In this document: positions 47,789-59,683 of the stretch, piece after piece
Layout: the number at the start of each line of letters is the position of its first letter
Numbering within the stretch: the first letter of the stretch is position 1
DNA from: Mayamaea pseudoterrestris
Lineage: Eukaryota
DNA: 64,000 nucleotides
NCBI GenBank assembly: GCA_027923505.1
Contig: BROI01000019.1
Coordinates: forward strand, 496,001 to 560,000
Direction: 5' to 3'
Notes under the pieces: model-generated
What the model was told of the DNA's origin: nothing
The model's database searches: none
Seen by the model: the letters and a program-made list of their open reading frames with translations, nothing else
Program-made: the position numbers and the translations under genes

Positions 47789-48682
47789 ATGCCGCCGGCA
47801 GCCAAGAAGCAACGCAAGTGGACGTCGGAACCGTCGCGTCGCAGCGAACGCCTTCGAAAACCTGGCGACCGTCCAGTTGACGTTCCGAAACGAATTCGCA
47901 TGACCTTGCTTTGTCTCAATCGTAGTTTGCAAGAACCAGGATTGACACGCTTGGTGAAAGAGTACTATGATGGCCTATTGATGGATGATGTTGTAGAGCG
48001 TGCCACGGTCGTATTGGACGAGCTATGGGCAGCGGCGGATCAACCGACCGTTCGCAATGAAGCTGTGCCGTCATTGATTGACGAAATTATTGGCGACGTG
48101 CATTACTACGCTGACAATGCGGAATTCATGTACTTTGCAATGTCTACCATCTCCGTGGGTATGATGGACCGGAGCTGTCATGATTCCATAGTACAAGCCT
48201 TTGCGACGCGGTTGTTTGACGTTTTTCTGCACTCCACCCAGAAATACATGCATAAACTTGGAGCATACTTTGTATACTTTGTGGAAGTATGTTTGAGAGG
48301 ATCGCGATTTGACTCGGTGCGACAGGATGGATTTGAACTTCATGAAGAATTGCTTCAGCATATCCTTGACTCGGGCGCTGTCAATCTTCTCCAACAAATG
48401 ACACATGAACACTTATATGGATTATCATTTAAACAAAATAAACGAGAGGCTGGGACACTACTGATCATGGCTCGAGGTAATTTGATTAAGGTGGCGGATG
48501 AATGCGCGGTGCATCCGAGACGAAACATTTCGATTCCTCAGTTGCAAGCTCGCATTGATTCTATGTATGCCGAAATTGAAGCACTTCGGCGGCGCGATTT
48601 TAATGCAGAAGTAGACGATGATTTGGATGATGATGATGATGATGATGATTCGGAATTGTCGGACGAGGAAGATGACGAGTAA
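47789..48682 (+). CDS. Hypothetical helical protein with NLS-like N-terminus and acidic tail
   Basis: 297-aa ORF; PAAKKQRK, RRSERLR; poly-D/E end. Confidence 0.65.
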   Translation: MPPAAKKQRKWTSEPSRRSERLRKPGDRPVDVPKRIRMTLLCLNRSLQEPGLTRLVKEYYDGLLMDDVVERATVVLDELWAAADQPTVRNEAVPSLIDEIIGDVHYYADNAEFMYFAMSTISVGMMDRSCHDSIVQAFATRLFDVFLHSTQKYMHKLGAYFVYFVEVCLRGSRFDSVRQDGFELHEELLQHILDSGAVNLLQQMTHEHLYGLSFKQNKREAGTLLIMARGNLIKVADECAVHPRRNISIPQLQARIDSMYAEIEALRRRDFNAEVDDDLDDDDDDDDSELSDEEDDE

Positions 48683-49084
48683 TGCAGCTTTGGGCTTGAT
48701 GGACTTTTGGATGCATTTTCTCGATGGACGAGTAAAGATCAGGCCTACGTAGATCTATCGGTAGTATCTAATATTGCGTGTATCTGTACGTGACTACAAA
48801 ACTCCTTGCTGGGCCTGTAAATCAAGGCTACTTTACTCATAGTCCCTTCTTGGAACCGTCGTAAGTAAACTTCTTGATCGACAGAGGCTTCTTTCCAAGA
48901 GCATCAAAGCGTGACTTAGCTACTGCTTGTTGCTGCAACGACCTACAAAAATACATATGTGACGATGAACTTGGCTAGGTTTCTAACATGTGACACAACG
49001 TGTAGCGCTTCACTTTAAAACAATTTATCTCTCAAACCTTTAAACACCGTCCATCCAACCATGTTACCACTGTCGCGTGGCTAA

Positions 49085-50296
49085 TTACCCAAGTGCCTTT
49101 GGCAAATGACTGGCTTCCAAGGCGCACACGTAGGAAAGAACACAGAGGCCTTTTTCTGGAGCTGTAGAAGAAACAGATTTACCAAACGTTCGACTGGACT
49201 TGTTTGGAGTACCTTGCTTGCCAGACAATAATTGGTTGAGTTTTAGTGGCGCCGGTACATTCTCCTTGTCGTTCTTTGTTGCATCAGTCATTACACCATC
49301 TTGCTGCTTCTTGGGACCACGCTGCAACGGCTGCTCGACTTGTGAATCGTCATCGCTGCTTTCGCTCACTTGACTTGCAGTAGCAGTGTCCAGTTGCTGC
49401 ACTTGCTTGGATACTCCAATAACCGTCATGAATTCAACCTTGTCGAGCAGCTCCTTTTGCTGCCCCTTCAACGCGTTGCGCAAGTAGGCTCGCCGCTGCT
49501 CGCAAACCCATCGACGCAATTCTTCATTGGGCGGCGCATCAAGGTCACCCTTTTCGACATACAAGCAAAACTCTTGGTAGTGCTCCATCCACTTGTCTTT
49601 GCGACACTTGAGTTGATCAGTAATAGCATTCCAAGTGAATCCAAGCTTATCGAGCAGATCTTTGCGACCCTTTGGCAGTCCGCCTGTTGACTGCAAGTAG
49701 CGCTGCCGCTGCACCCATTCGCCAAGCGATCGATCAATCTTGTAGCGCTGCGGAACGCGCGTATGGCCAAACTGCTTTTGAAAGTCGACCAAACGCAGAT
49801 ACTTGATCATCCAAGCCGACATTGGGGCTCGGTTGCCATTGCTATTGCAGGCTTCTTCAAGGGCTTCATCGTTAGTCCTTCGCTTGTTCTGCAAGCGCCA
49901 CTCGAAACCAAGTCGATCCAACCATGCGCGCTTGACGTTGCTTGAATCGGCATGCGCCAGCAACTGACGCTGCGTCTTGACCCAGTTGATGAGCTTTGGA
50001 CTGAAAATTGTAGCGTCTTCAGTATCAGGATTAGTAATGGCCGGATTCTTTCGCTGCTGCTTCTTGATGCTGCTGCAACATGTTGGAACGTTGGTGGTTC
50101 CGTATTGCTGGTGAAAGGCTTCCAGCTCGCGATACATTTGGATCCATTGCTGCGGAGGGAGCGTGTTGGATGCAGAAAGAGTCGATGAAGACGTAGTGGT
50201 AGGATTGTTCATGCCCATGGTAGACAAAATCATGCTGTTGTGTGACTCGCTGGACAACAAGTTTGTGACGGCGAGGAAGGCAATCACGTTCGACAA
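49085..50296 (-). CDS. Helicase-associated (HA) repeat protein
   Basis: Three W...Y..L..F....G...VP / L..WV..QR / LD.LGF.W repeats. Confidence 0.88.
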   Translation of the reverse strand: MSNVIAFLAVTNLLSSESHNSMILSTMGMNNPTTTSSSTLSASNTLPPQQWIQMYRELEAFHQQYGTTNVPTCCSSIKKQQRKNPAITNPDTEDATIFSPKLINWVKTQRQLLAHADSSNVKRAWLDRLGFEWRLQNKRRTNDEALEEACNSNGNRAPMSAWMIKYLRLVDFQKQFGHTRVPQRYKIDRSLGEWVQRQRYLQSTGGLPKGRKDLLDKLGFTWNAITDQLKCRKDKWMEHYQEFCLYVEKGDLDAPPNEELRRWVCEQRRAYLRNALKGQQKELLDKVEFMTVIGVSKQVQQLDTATASQVSESSDDDSQVEQPLQRGPKKQQDGVMTDATKNDKENVPAPLKLNQLLSGKQGTPNKSSRTFGKSVSSTAPEKGLCVLSYVCALEASHLPKALG

Positions 50297-50785
50297 CGAT
50301 GTAACGGTGAATGGAAACGGATCGAAGGAACGGACGAAACAAGCGGATCAAGATACCATTCCCTATATGTATTAACGCGCGTATAGTTTTGAGTACCGCA
50401 CAGCTCGGCTTGCGTGCGCATTCAAATGTGAACGCGTTCGCAAAAAGCGTCGCGACGCTTCGTGATCCATATATAGCAAAGCAACGGCAATGTCGATTTA
50501 CTTTATTTCCCCTGGGTTGTGCTTGACGAGAAAAGGAAAGTGCAGTGGTGAAGCCATATCTACGACTCGATACACTTGCTATGGAAGTGAGCGAGACGAA
50601 AACCTTCTGTCCCAACCTACTTCCAAAGTACGTAGTTATCTAACATTCAGTCTTTCAAGTAACTAAAGAATTTTGAAAACAATTGACATAGTGGCTTGAC
50701 TCAAATAAAAGTAAAAAACATTTTTATCTACACGTCCAAACGGTATATGCTAGGGTAGCAGTAGTCATTCATGTCTCCGTGAACC

Positions 50786-52474
50786 TTACCTTCGACCATC
50801 GGCAACAAACTTGCGCTTGATGAATGTAAACAGTTCGTTTTCAGAGCGACCTTCCTTGGACTTGTCATAGTCAACGACTGTCCCACGATCGTACCAGCGA
50901 AGAGTGGCAAGATCCGACACTCCTTGCTCCAAACAGAATTTCACGTTTTCGAAATCCAAACAGTCAACCGCGGCAATGACGACCGGCATGCTGCTCTGCG
51001 CAACATGCTCTCCGAGCTTCTTCCAAGTCGGAATGGGATGGAACGAGCACCATTTGCACCAATGAATGAAGAAATTGACAAAGACTGGTTGGTCGCCGTT
51101 AATCACACTTTCGAAAGTGCTTCGAGTCAAGTATTGAATCGAATCAATGTGCCCCGTCTGCTCATTCTGTCCATCGTCATCAGAAGATGGCTGTGTCTCC
51201 ACCTTACCACTTTTCCGCTCCCTTTTGCGTCGCTTCTTCTGCTTCCTTTTGTGTTTCGGCTTGCGTGACATGACTGGAGTTAGATCAGGCTGCGCAGCAA
51301 TGAGTGATTTGGCCGGTTCAATGACCAAGGTTTGAATCGACGCCGAAGAAATCGCCACAGGAATATCCGGTTTCATTGCTCGTGGAATCTGCAACAGTCC
51401 AGTCCTTTCGTCGCTCGAGACACTTTGGGCTAACGCGTCAGGCTTTGACATTATTGCTTTCGATAGTTTGGGTGCCTTGAATGAAATTGTTGGTTTCATT
51501 ACGGCAAGCATTTGGGACTCCATTCGACGCCGACGCGGCGGCTGCTGCTGCTGCTGCTGCAAGCCAGCTGCACCTACCGTGCTGGAGCCCATGCTCGTCC
51601 GGCGAGGCGAGTAAATTGGCTCAAGCGCCGCCCTCGTTTTTGAACTTACAAGCTCGGTGCGATTGAAACGTCTGCTGCGGATGCTGGCGAATGCATTTTT
51701 CTTGTCGACGACCAGCAAGCCAGATTTCTCAAACCGCGAAGGCTTCAAACTTGCATTACTCTTGACAAAGGCAAAGGATCGAGATCGCGTAAAAATTCCA
51801 TTTATCGTTTGGTTGCTTAGCTGGCGGTGCCCCTGGCGTTCGATCAGGCGAACTACAAGATCTTTGGAGTCGAGCTTCGCATCAGCAGCCTCTTCCAGCA
51901 AGTGTCCATACTCCATCAATCTTAGCGTCGGAAGCGCTTGTACCATTTGCTTTCGACAAAACGAATTCTCCGAACAGTCGACAATTGCAACTTGGCTGTC
52001 TGATGAAATGCCCGAAGACACTTTATTCAAAAGCAGCTTCTCATCACGCGATGCATAGACAAGCAGTACCTTCTCGTTAATGCTTGTTAAGTTCTGAAAC
52101 GACTTATCGTCTAGAACAGTGTAGCTCTTGTTTACTTTCAATGGAGTCGAACTAGGCGTGATTGGCACCATGACGGCAAGCGCCTTGCTCTCATGCTGAA
52201 GATCCAAATCATACGGCCCGGGGAACGCCGCCTTGAGAAAGAGACACGACGAAATCAAAGCAAACCAGATGCAGCCATAGACCATGACCCTCATTGCGCT
52301 GTCATGTCGAGGAACTGCATTGGAGCTGACATTCTTGAAGAAAATTGCGTCGTCGCTGTCATCGACGATATCTTGCGTAGCTTCGTCAATCTTGACTTGC
52401 ACAAACTCATCCTCGTCGTCTCCATCCAAGCCAACAAAGACTGCTTCCTCCTCAAAGACTCCAATCGTTGTCAT
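50786..52474 (-). CDS. Membrane-anchored thioredoxin/PDI-like protein
   Basis: One TM; degenerate Trx fold (VDCS...C....V.ALPTLRL); C-terminal Trx domain FVNFFIHWCKWC...AVDC; start uncertain. Confidence 0.7.
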   Translation of the reverse strand: MTTIGVFEEEAVFVGLDGDDEDEFVQVKIDEATQDIVDDSDDAIFFKNVSSNAVPRHDSAMRVMVYGCIWFALISSCLFLKAAFPGPYDLDLQHESKALAVMVPITPSSTPLKVNKSYTVLDDKSFQNLTSINEKVLLVYASRDEKLLLNKVSSGISSDSQVAIVDCSENSFCRKQMVQALPTLRLMEYGHLLEEAADAKLDSKDLVVRLIERQGHRQLSNQTINGIFTRSRSFAFVKSNASLKPSRFEKSGLLVVDKKNAFASIRSRRFNRTELVSSKTRAALEPIYSPRRTSMGSSTVGAAGLQQQQQQPPRRRRMESQMLAVMKPTISFKAPKLSKAIMSKPDALAQSVSSDERTGLLQIPRAMKPDIPVAISSASIQTLVIEPAKSLIAAQPDLTPVMSRKPKHKRKQKKRRKRERKSGKVETQPSSDDDGQNEQTGHIDSIQYLTRSTFESVINGDQPVFVNFFIHWCKWCSFHPIPTWKKLGEHVAQSSMPVVIAAVDCLDFENVKFCLEQGVSDLATLRWYDRGTVVDYDKSKEGRSENELFTFIKRKFVADGRR

Positions 52475-52777
52475 GGCGAGATAGTAGTCGTCGAGATTGA
52501 CGAGACACTTTGACTGGGACGCACCTTGGCGGAACTTCGGCTTGGCAGATCTGGCATCGAACATGTCATCGTGCAAGAGGAAGCACGAATGCGCGCGCGT
52601 TCGCTCCGACGTCAATCGCGCCTCTGTGACGTCATTTGAATAACCAGTCCGACACGAATATTTTTTTTGTGACAAGCTCGACCATGCGCGAGAAACATTC
52701 ATTTCTGGTGGGATCAAATTATCAACATCGCAACAACGACTTGCAGCAGTGTATCACAGAGCAACTAGCTGTCAAAA

Positions 52778-53112
52778 ATGGTAATTAATGAAATGTAAAG
52801 CTTATTCAGGAACTGTAAATTCATGGTGATAGACCATACGTCTTCTCACGCAATCTTTGCTCTAACTCTCGGCATGTGTCTCGAACCACCGTTTCTACTA
52901 TTCTGTAGCCTCATTCATGTTCAGAAGCTGCCTTGGGTCTACTGACTTGCATGGAGGAGACGGAATGCGTCAAGTCCGGCAAGGACATTATGGAGTGTTT
53001 GAAAGATCCTGTGGAATCCGACGACTGTCGAGCCCAACGAAACGCCTATACAATGTGCAAACACTCGCAGCTGAACATGAGAACAAGAATCAGGGGCGTT
53101 CGGACATATTAG
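52778..53112 (+). CDS. COA5: COA5/PET191 cytochrome c oxidase assembly factor (68 aa); exons 52778-52780, 52909-53112
   Basis: M|PHSCSEAALGLLTCMEETECVKSGKDIMECLKDPVESDDCRAQRNAYTMCKHSQLNMRTRIRGVRTY: six Cys in CX9C-type spacing and an R.R.RG..Y end typical of Pet191; absent from the ORF track. Confidence 0.85.
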
Positions 53113-53281
53113 AATCTATAACTATGTTTAAGAGGTGATATATTATTTCATCATAGACTTGTTCAAATTCGCAGGCGCACATTTCTGCATAAAGAAAGCC
53201 ATTAATGTCTAGAACACCAACGACAAAGCTACACCAAGCAGTATGCAATATTAGTATGCACCACAAGCGCCACTATTTGTT

Positions 53282-54298
53282 TTAAGTATCAAGTCCTTCC
53301 GCTTCCCACAGATCCGTCAGCAAGTCAATCATTTGCGGCAACGCCACTGGCTGCGGAAACTTGCGCGGACCTCCCTCCTCCCGAAGTTGCTTTGGCGTTG
53401 CAAAGAGCACGTCGATAATTTCGTCAACGTCCACGGGAGCCGCCACCGCCTTGGCGGAACTCGAGTCCGTGTCGCTTCGTGGACCCAGCCACTCCTTGCG
53501 AGCATGCTCCCAAAAGGCAAGGCCATGATTAATGTAATCGTCTTGCAAAGATTCAGGTGGATCAGTATTGACGGGGAGACCGAAGACTCCATTCAAAAGA
53601 GCATTGGCGGGGTGCGATGCAACAGGCGGAGATGTGTCATAAATCTCGGCATTCGTGGAAAGGGTTGACGTCGTTGGTTGTGCGTCATCAAGGTGCTCGC
53701 CGTTGGGCTGCGCTTCTTTCTGCAAACCTTTAGCAGCATGACTTTGCAATTGCTCGGGAGAGCTGTTCATACGCTTGACTTCGACAATGAGATCGGTGCT
53801 ATCCCTCGACTCGGAAAAGTTTAGCGTTTCGGATTCAGTGTTTGCATCCTCCGTCAAGTCGGTGGGCTGCCGTACAATCGTCGCCGGTGCTGCTGTATTC
53901 AAAGTCAAATTGCTTCCTATTTCATGAGCTGCAATCTCTATAATTTCTTCTTGTGCTTGATCTTCCTCTACGTCTACTGGAGGTGTTGTGGATGGCTCAC
54001 CACCGTCTGTCGTCACATCCGCTTCTTGTTGCTGTTGACGATGCGTCTCTGCGAGTACGTCGTCGGCTTGTATATACTCTTCCTCTCGTCCCGCACCAAT
54101 GTCAATAACAAGATCTTGCCAAGAATTTGCGTCATTGTCAGCTTCAACATCTCCTGCAGCTTCTAGTTCTGCTGTATCGGAATAAATTGAGATGGCGTCG
54201 GTCTCGGAGAGAGCAGAAGTATTCAGCGCTTGTATCGCATCTATCTCCGCGGTTCCAGTCGTTTCAGACAATGTTTCTCGGTTGTCCGACTCCATCAT
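53282..54298 (-). CDS. DUF4050 (Gag1-like clamp) domain protein with acidic N-terminus
   Basis: NHGL.FWE..R.EW.G and F.QPV.L..MID.L...WE.EGL. Confidence 0.8.
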   Translation of the reverse strand: MMESDNRETLSETTGTAEIDAIQALNTSALSETDAISIYSDTAELEAAGDVEADNDANSWQDLVIDIGAGREEEYIQADDVLAETHRQQQQEADVTTDGGEPSTTPPVDVEEDQAQEEIIEIAAHEIGSNLTLNTAAPATIVRQPTDLTEDANTESETLNFSESRDSTDLIVEVKRMNSSPEQLQSHAAKGLQKEAQPNGEHLDDAQPTTSTLSTNAEIYDTSPPVASHPANALLNGVFGLPVNTDPPESLQDDYINHGLAFWEHARKEWLGPRSDTDSSSAKAVAAPVDVDEIIDVLFATPKQLREEGGPRKFPQPVALPQMIDLLTDLWEAEGLDT

Positions 54299-54944
54299 GA
54301 TTTCTCTCCTACTGCTACTCGTACAGTATTCTATCGCAGCGTCTGCTGCTGTCAAGAAGGCCAACGATGGCTTCCAATCATCGGTTGGTTTCGCGTGTGC
54401 GATGATGTGTGTGTGACCTTGCCGCGCTGGCGCGCCACGGAACCGTGACATGTCGTAGTATGACTCATTTGCACGCCAGCCGCGCCGCAATCGTGGATTG
54501 CGAACGACTCGCGCATAATCCATTTCGACGTTGGTCGAGCAATGGGCGATCGCACATTCGTCACATTGGAGCTTGGTGGTTCTTGGATGACTCCTGCTTT
54601 GGATTGTTACATAGACGACGTCTCGGCGGCACTGTGAAAATCCTAAAGATGCGTGATATACATGCTTTTGGATGCCTGCTCGCAATTCGGAACACGAATC
54701 CTGATGTTCGAAGATCTTAAAAGCCTTGAAGCGATGATTTGTTTCCAGCTTGTTTCATTGTTGGAAATTGTTAACAAGATAACTAACATAAGATGAAGCA
54801 TGTGCGAAAAGTGGGAAGTCTAAAGTGCATTCATGAGGATGCAAGTCTGGCTGACGATAGCATCTCATCAGAGGTGCTGGCGGAGGAAGGCGAGTGCGAG
54901 ATCAGTATTTCCAAGGCTGGATCTGACGCCGACACCATCAGGGA

Positions 54945-55214
54945 TGCTGAGAATCGGTGATTAAACAGGTGATCCTCAGTACTATGGCCTACATCCCAGG
55001 GCATTGGTAAAGATGCGGGATCGACTGGCTGCGTTGCAATGAACAGGACAGTTAGCTATAGAGACTCGGAGACACTCTTGGAGAGGTCAAGATTCCAAGA
55101 GTTACGGCGGTCGCTTAGGATAGAATAAGCTCACTCTTTTATAGCGGATCTTTTGCAAGCGAATAGGAGAGGTTTATATCGTAAATTACAAGTACATTTG
55201 GAGCAATCTCAGCA
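54945..55214 (+). repeat. 5' LTR (270 bp)
   Basis: TGCTGAGA...TCTCAGCA; identical by eye to 59684-59953. Confidence 0.97.
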
Positions 55215-55249
55215 TACCTTAAGGTAGCCTCGGAGATACCCGAGTCAGC

Positions 55250-58200
55250 ATGGCTGAACCAGCCCAAGGAATCGTTCCTGCAAGGACTGACGAGGAGCGA
55301 TGGAAAGATGAGCGCTGGAACAAGAAGCCTGCGGCGATCCCCAAGTTGGATAAAGACAAGAAGTTTTGGACTTGGAAGATGGAGATCGAGGCGTGGCAAG
55401 TTGCGCATGACTTGGACAAGGTAATGGATCCAAGCGGATGGGCGGACCTGCCGACGCGAGAAGAACAGCCAAATCAATCGTACGCCAACAGGCGAGCCGT
55501 CAAGATGAACAAGGTAGCCATGGCGCAGTTAATCATGGCGCATGGCGACGGAGACAAGGGAGCGGAGTTCCTCTTGATCATTACGGAATCAAGGACGGAA
55601 GCGTGGCCGACGGGCAAGGCAAGTGACGTCATGAAGAAGCTGATCGAACAATATCAGCCGACCGATCAAGTTGCCCAATTAAAGTTGATGGATGACCTTA
55701 GCAGTCTCTCGATGCGAGACAGCCAAAATCCAACCAAGTTGTTCCTAAAGGTAGCAGAGCTGGAGAGTCAGTTTCTAGCGTCAGGAGCAAAGCTCGAGGA
55801 GCGTCAAGTCGTTCCTCATATCATCAAGGCCTTACCGGAGCGGTACAGCGGACGAGTGTCGGCCATGTTTGAAAAGCACAAGGAGCTAACCAAAGCAATG
55901 ATACGCAAGGCGTAGAGGCAGAATATCGCCTCCAAGTGGCGAAAGGCGCCATCAAGGAAGACGACGATGAAGATGAAGATGAACAAGCTCTCTTTACTCA
56001 ATCGTCGATCGGAAACCCCAAGGGCTGCTGGCTTTGCGGCAGCACGGAACACAAGAAGAAGGACTGCCCAAAGGTATAAAGGGAACGGCGGCGGAGGCAA
56101 CAGAAGCAGGTCGAAGAAAAGATTCCAAGGAACGTGCGACGAATGCGGAAAGCAAGGGCACAAGAAAGAAGACTGCTTTCATCTTGAGAAGAACGCCTCC
56201 AAGCGCCCCGCTTGGTTCAAGAAGATCTTGGAGAAGAAGAATGAGTCGGCAAATGTCACTTGTGACGACGAATTCTTCATCATGGCAACCAAGGGCGTCG
56301 CGGAGGTCGACGACGAGTTGTGGTTTGCCGACAACGGGTGCACGAGCGCCATAACGAAGTCAAAAGAAGCAATGTATGAGACAAGGGCAGCAAACGCGAT
56401 AAGATCAAAGTCGGGAACAGTGAATACGTACATCCCGAGCTTGTTGGAAAGTTGCGAGGCACAATCGTGGATAAGGACGGCAAGAAGGTTGGAAACTTGT
56501 CGTTGGATCGAGTCAGTTACTCGGAGTCAGCCGTCGGCAACCTCATTCCAGTCGGAAAGATGATAAAGGAAGGTTGGACGCTGAAGCAGTCAATAGATGG
56601 ACTGGAGTTAAGCAAAGGAAAGCGCAAGTTAGTCTTCGATGTGACGGTACAAGTCGGCAGCGGAGTCTTCCACGCTATCGCGAAGTCAAAAGGACGCCGA
56701 CGACGGCAGAACAAGCAACAGTCACGGCAAACGCAAACAGAGTCGTTTCTTACCAACAAGTGCATGAAGAGTTTGGCCACATGGGCAAAGCAGCGACTCG
56801 AGCGACAGCGAAGCACTTAGGATGGACGCTAACTGGAAAGATGAATCCATGCGTCTCTTGCGGCGCTAGCGAAGGCGCGCCAGAAGGATATCGCTCGAAA
56901 GGAGCCAGCCGAGAAGGCAAAAGACACCAGGACGACGCATCTACTTGGACTTGACGACGCCAAAGGATAAAGAAGGCAAGAATCTGCCAGGCAAGTTGAA
57001 CGGTCGATGCATCGTGGACGACGGCGACAGGATTCAAAGTTGTCGACTTCTTCGCAACCAAGAACGCAATGGTGGAACCAACCTTGAACCTGCTTAGAGA
57101 ATGGAAGCACAAAGGAAGGGAGGTTGAGTTTCTAAGGATGCATAACGCTGGCGAGAACAAGAGTCTTGCGAGGCAAGCCAAGGCAGAGGGACTCGTCAAG
57201 CGCATTGAATGGACAGCGGCAAACACGCCGCAACAGAACCACAAGGCAGAAACCTGCTGGCGCACACTCAAAGGGCGTTCAAGAGCTATAGCATACAGAG
57301 CAAACGTACCAGAGAAGCAGAGGCAGAAGTTCTTTGCAAGGCTAGTAAAGCATGCTAGCAAGTTGGATGGACTCACCATGGTCGAGTTGAATGGGGAAAT
57401 GAAAACACGCTATGAGCACTTTGGCGAAAAGATTCCACGCTTTGTTAAGTACATGAGGCGTTGGGGCGAGGCGTGCGTGCGAGCGAAAGGTGTCAAGAAA
57501 CCGGGAATGGAATTTGACAAAGGCGCAGTCGGCATGTTGGTAGGCTTTTCCGGATGACCATGAGGGAGACGTCTATCAAGTTTGGAATCCCAAGACGAAT
57601 AGAGTTGCAGAGGTTAGAGATGTAACGTTCCTAAACAAGTGGTATTTCCAAGAAACGATCAAGGAGATAGCCGACTTAAAGGAGAAGGAAGGCATCGATT
57701 GGGATCTTGACACCCCAAGAGGTGCGACTCACGACGCGCAAGCCAGCGACAGTGAGGAAGAGGAGAGTGTCAACGGTGACGTTGACAACGTGGCATCAGC
57801 AAACGAGCGAGCTGTCACAAAGATTGACCATGGGGAAGGAAGAACAATAACTCGATCCGGGCGCGTTGTAATACCAAGGCAACGATTGATCGAGCAAGCA
57901 ACGCTGGCGTATCAGCTGGCGACCCATGAATGCGCGTTGGCGATGCTGGACTGTGAGCTTACGCTCAACGCGGCAATCATCGAGGAGATGGAGGAAGGCG
58001 AGTGCTACACGCCCGGCGGCGACGAGTTAGCGCGCTTGGCGCAGGGATTGGCGATGGCATTGCGCATACATCAGAGCTACAAGTAATGAAGTTCAGCGAG
58101 GCAATGGCGAAGGGACCAGTCGCTGAATGGCAGAAGGCGGTTGACGCGACGGCATCGAATGCTCAAGTACAAATGCTTCAAAGAAATCCCACGCTCGCAG

Positions 58201-59662
58201 CTTCCTGAAGGAACGAAGCTGATTCGACACGACATGGGCAATGAAGCAAAAGGCAAACGGAACAAAGCGAGCAAGAATGGCGGTCAGGGGATTCCAGCAG
58301 ATCGAAGGAGTCCATTACGATCCCAAGTCGGTGTCGGCGCCTGTCGTGAATCTATCGACGACGCGCATCATGTTGGTATTGATGTTGATGGCACGCTGGG
58401 ACGCGCACATTGTCGACGTGCGAGGAGCATTCTTGCAAGGCAAGTTCGAAAACGACGAAAAGATTTACATTAAGATACCACAAGGATTCGAAAAGCATTA
58501 TAAAGCAGACAGCGTGTTGCAGCTGTTGGCGCCAGTGTACGGATTGATACAAGCGGCGTACTGTTTCTATTTGGTGTTGGTCAGAGCGTTCGACAACCAA
58601 GGATACGGAAGGAGCAAGGCCGATCCATGCCTCTATTATCAATGGGGCGAACAAGGATTACATCTTTGGTCGAGTCATACGGATGACTGCTTGTCGGCCG
58701 GAAAGGATATCATCACAGCGAAGAACAAATTCATGAGCGAACTTCGACTGCGAGGACATTGGCGAGTTGAAAGAGCACATCGGCTGCAAGATCGATATCA
58801 ACAAGGAAGAAGGATGGTTGAAGATAACTCAACCAGTCGCAATTCAAAGACTCAAAGACGAGTTCAATATACCCGACGAGCTCGATGAGGAGAGGCTTCC
58901 GGCGTCACCGGGAAGCAAGTTAAAGAGCGGCGAAACAATCGTTGGAGCGCAGGAGCATCACGAGTTTCGCAGCGGCGTTGGCATTGTTCAATGGATTAAA
59001 AGAGGCTCGAGACCAGAGATAAGCAACGCTGTTAGAGACGTTGCAAGGCGTCTACAGGACCAACGGAAGCGCATGTGAAAGCGAACCATCGAATCATGCG
59101 CTACTTAACGAGGACTCCGAGACGTGGACTCGTCCTCAAGCCATCGAGGCAATGGGATGGCACACCAAGCTTTAAGTTCAGATTGAAAGTGATTACGGAC
59201 TCATCATACGCGTCGGATCCAGACACAAGAAGGAGTCCAGGAGGCTACAGCACGTTTCTAGAGGACGCGCCAATCGTTCAATGCTCAAAGATGCAAGACT
59301 TTGTCACGCTGTCGCCCACGGAGGCGGAGTTAGTGGAGATGACGAACGGAGCGCGCGAGCTGTTGAGCCACAAGCGATTACTGGAGTCGATTGGATTACA
59401 AGTCGAGCTCCCAATGAAAGTTATAGGAGACAACAAGGGCGCGTTTGATCTAACGAACAATTGGTCGACGGCCGGCAAGACGCGTCATATTGACGTGCGA
59501 TATTATTTCCTTCGAGAGTTGAAGGAGAAAAAGATTATAGACATTGAATGGATTGGAACCGACGACAATTGCGCCGATATCTTTACAAAGAATCTGGGCG
59601 TGAAGGCGTTTAACAAGCACGCAAAGGTGTTCGTCGGCGACGATGAGTACTTTGAAGATTAA
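55250..59662 (+). pseudogene. Copia gag-pol split by about 10 frameshifts (real or assembly error)
   Basis: Two CCHC knuckles (CWLCGSTEHKKKDC, CDECGKQGHKKEDC), WFADNGC protease, H...GH...CVSC, NAGEN/PQQNHKAE integrase, DVRGAFL/YGL.Q/HTDD RT, TDSSYA/SPTEAE/GDNKGA/RHIDVRY/ADIFTK RNase H, scattered over three frames. Confidence 0.9.
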
Positions 59663-59683
59663 GTACATCGGATCAGAGGAGAG

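Noticed and set aside
55900..56080. Programmed ribosomal frameshift or readthrough at the end of gag
   Set aside because: Similar frame breaks occur throughout the element, so this one is not special
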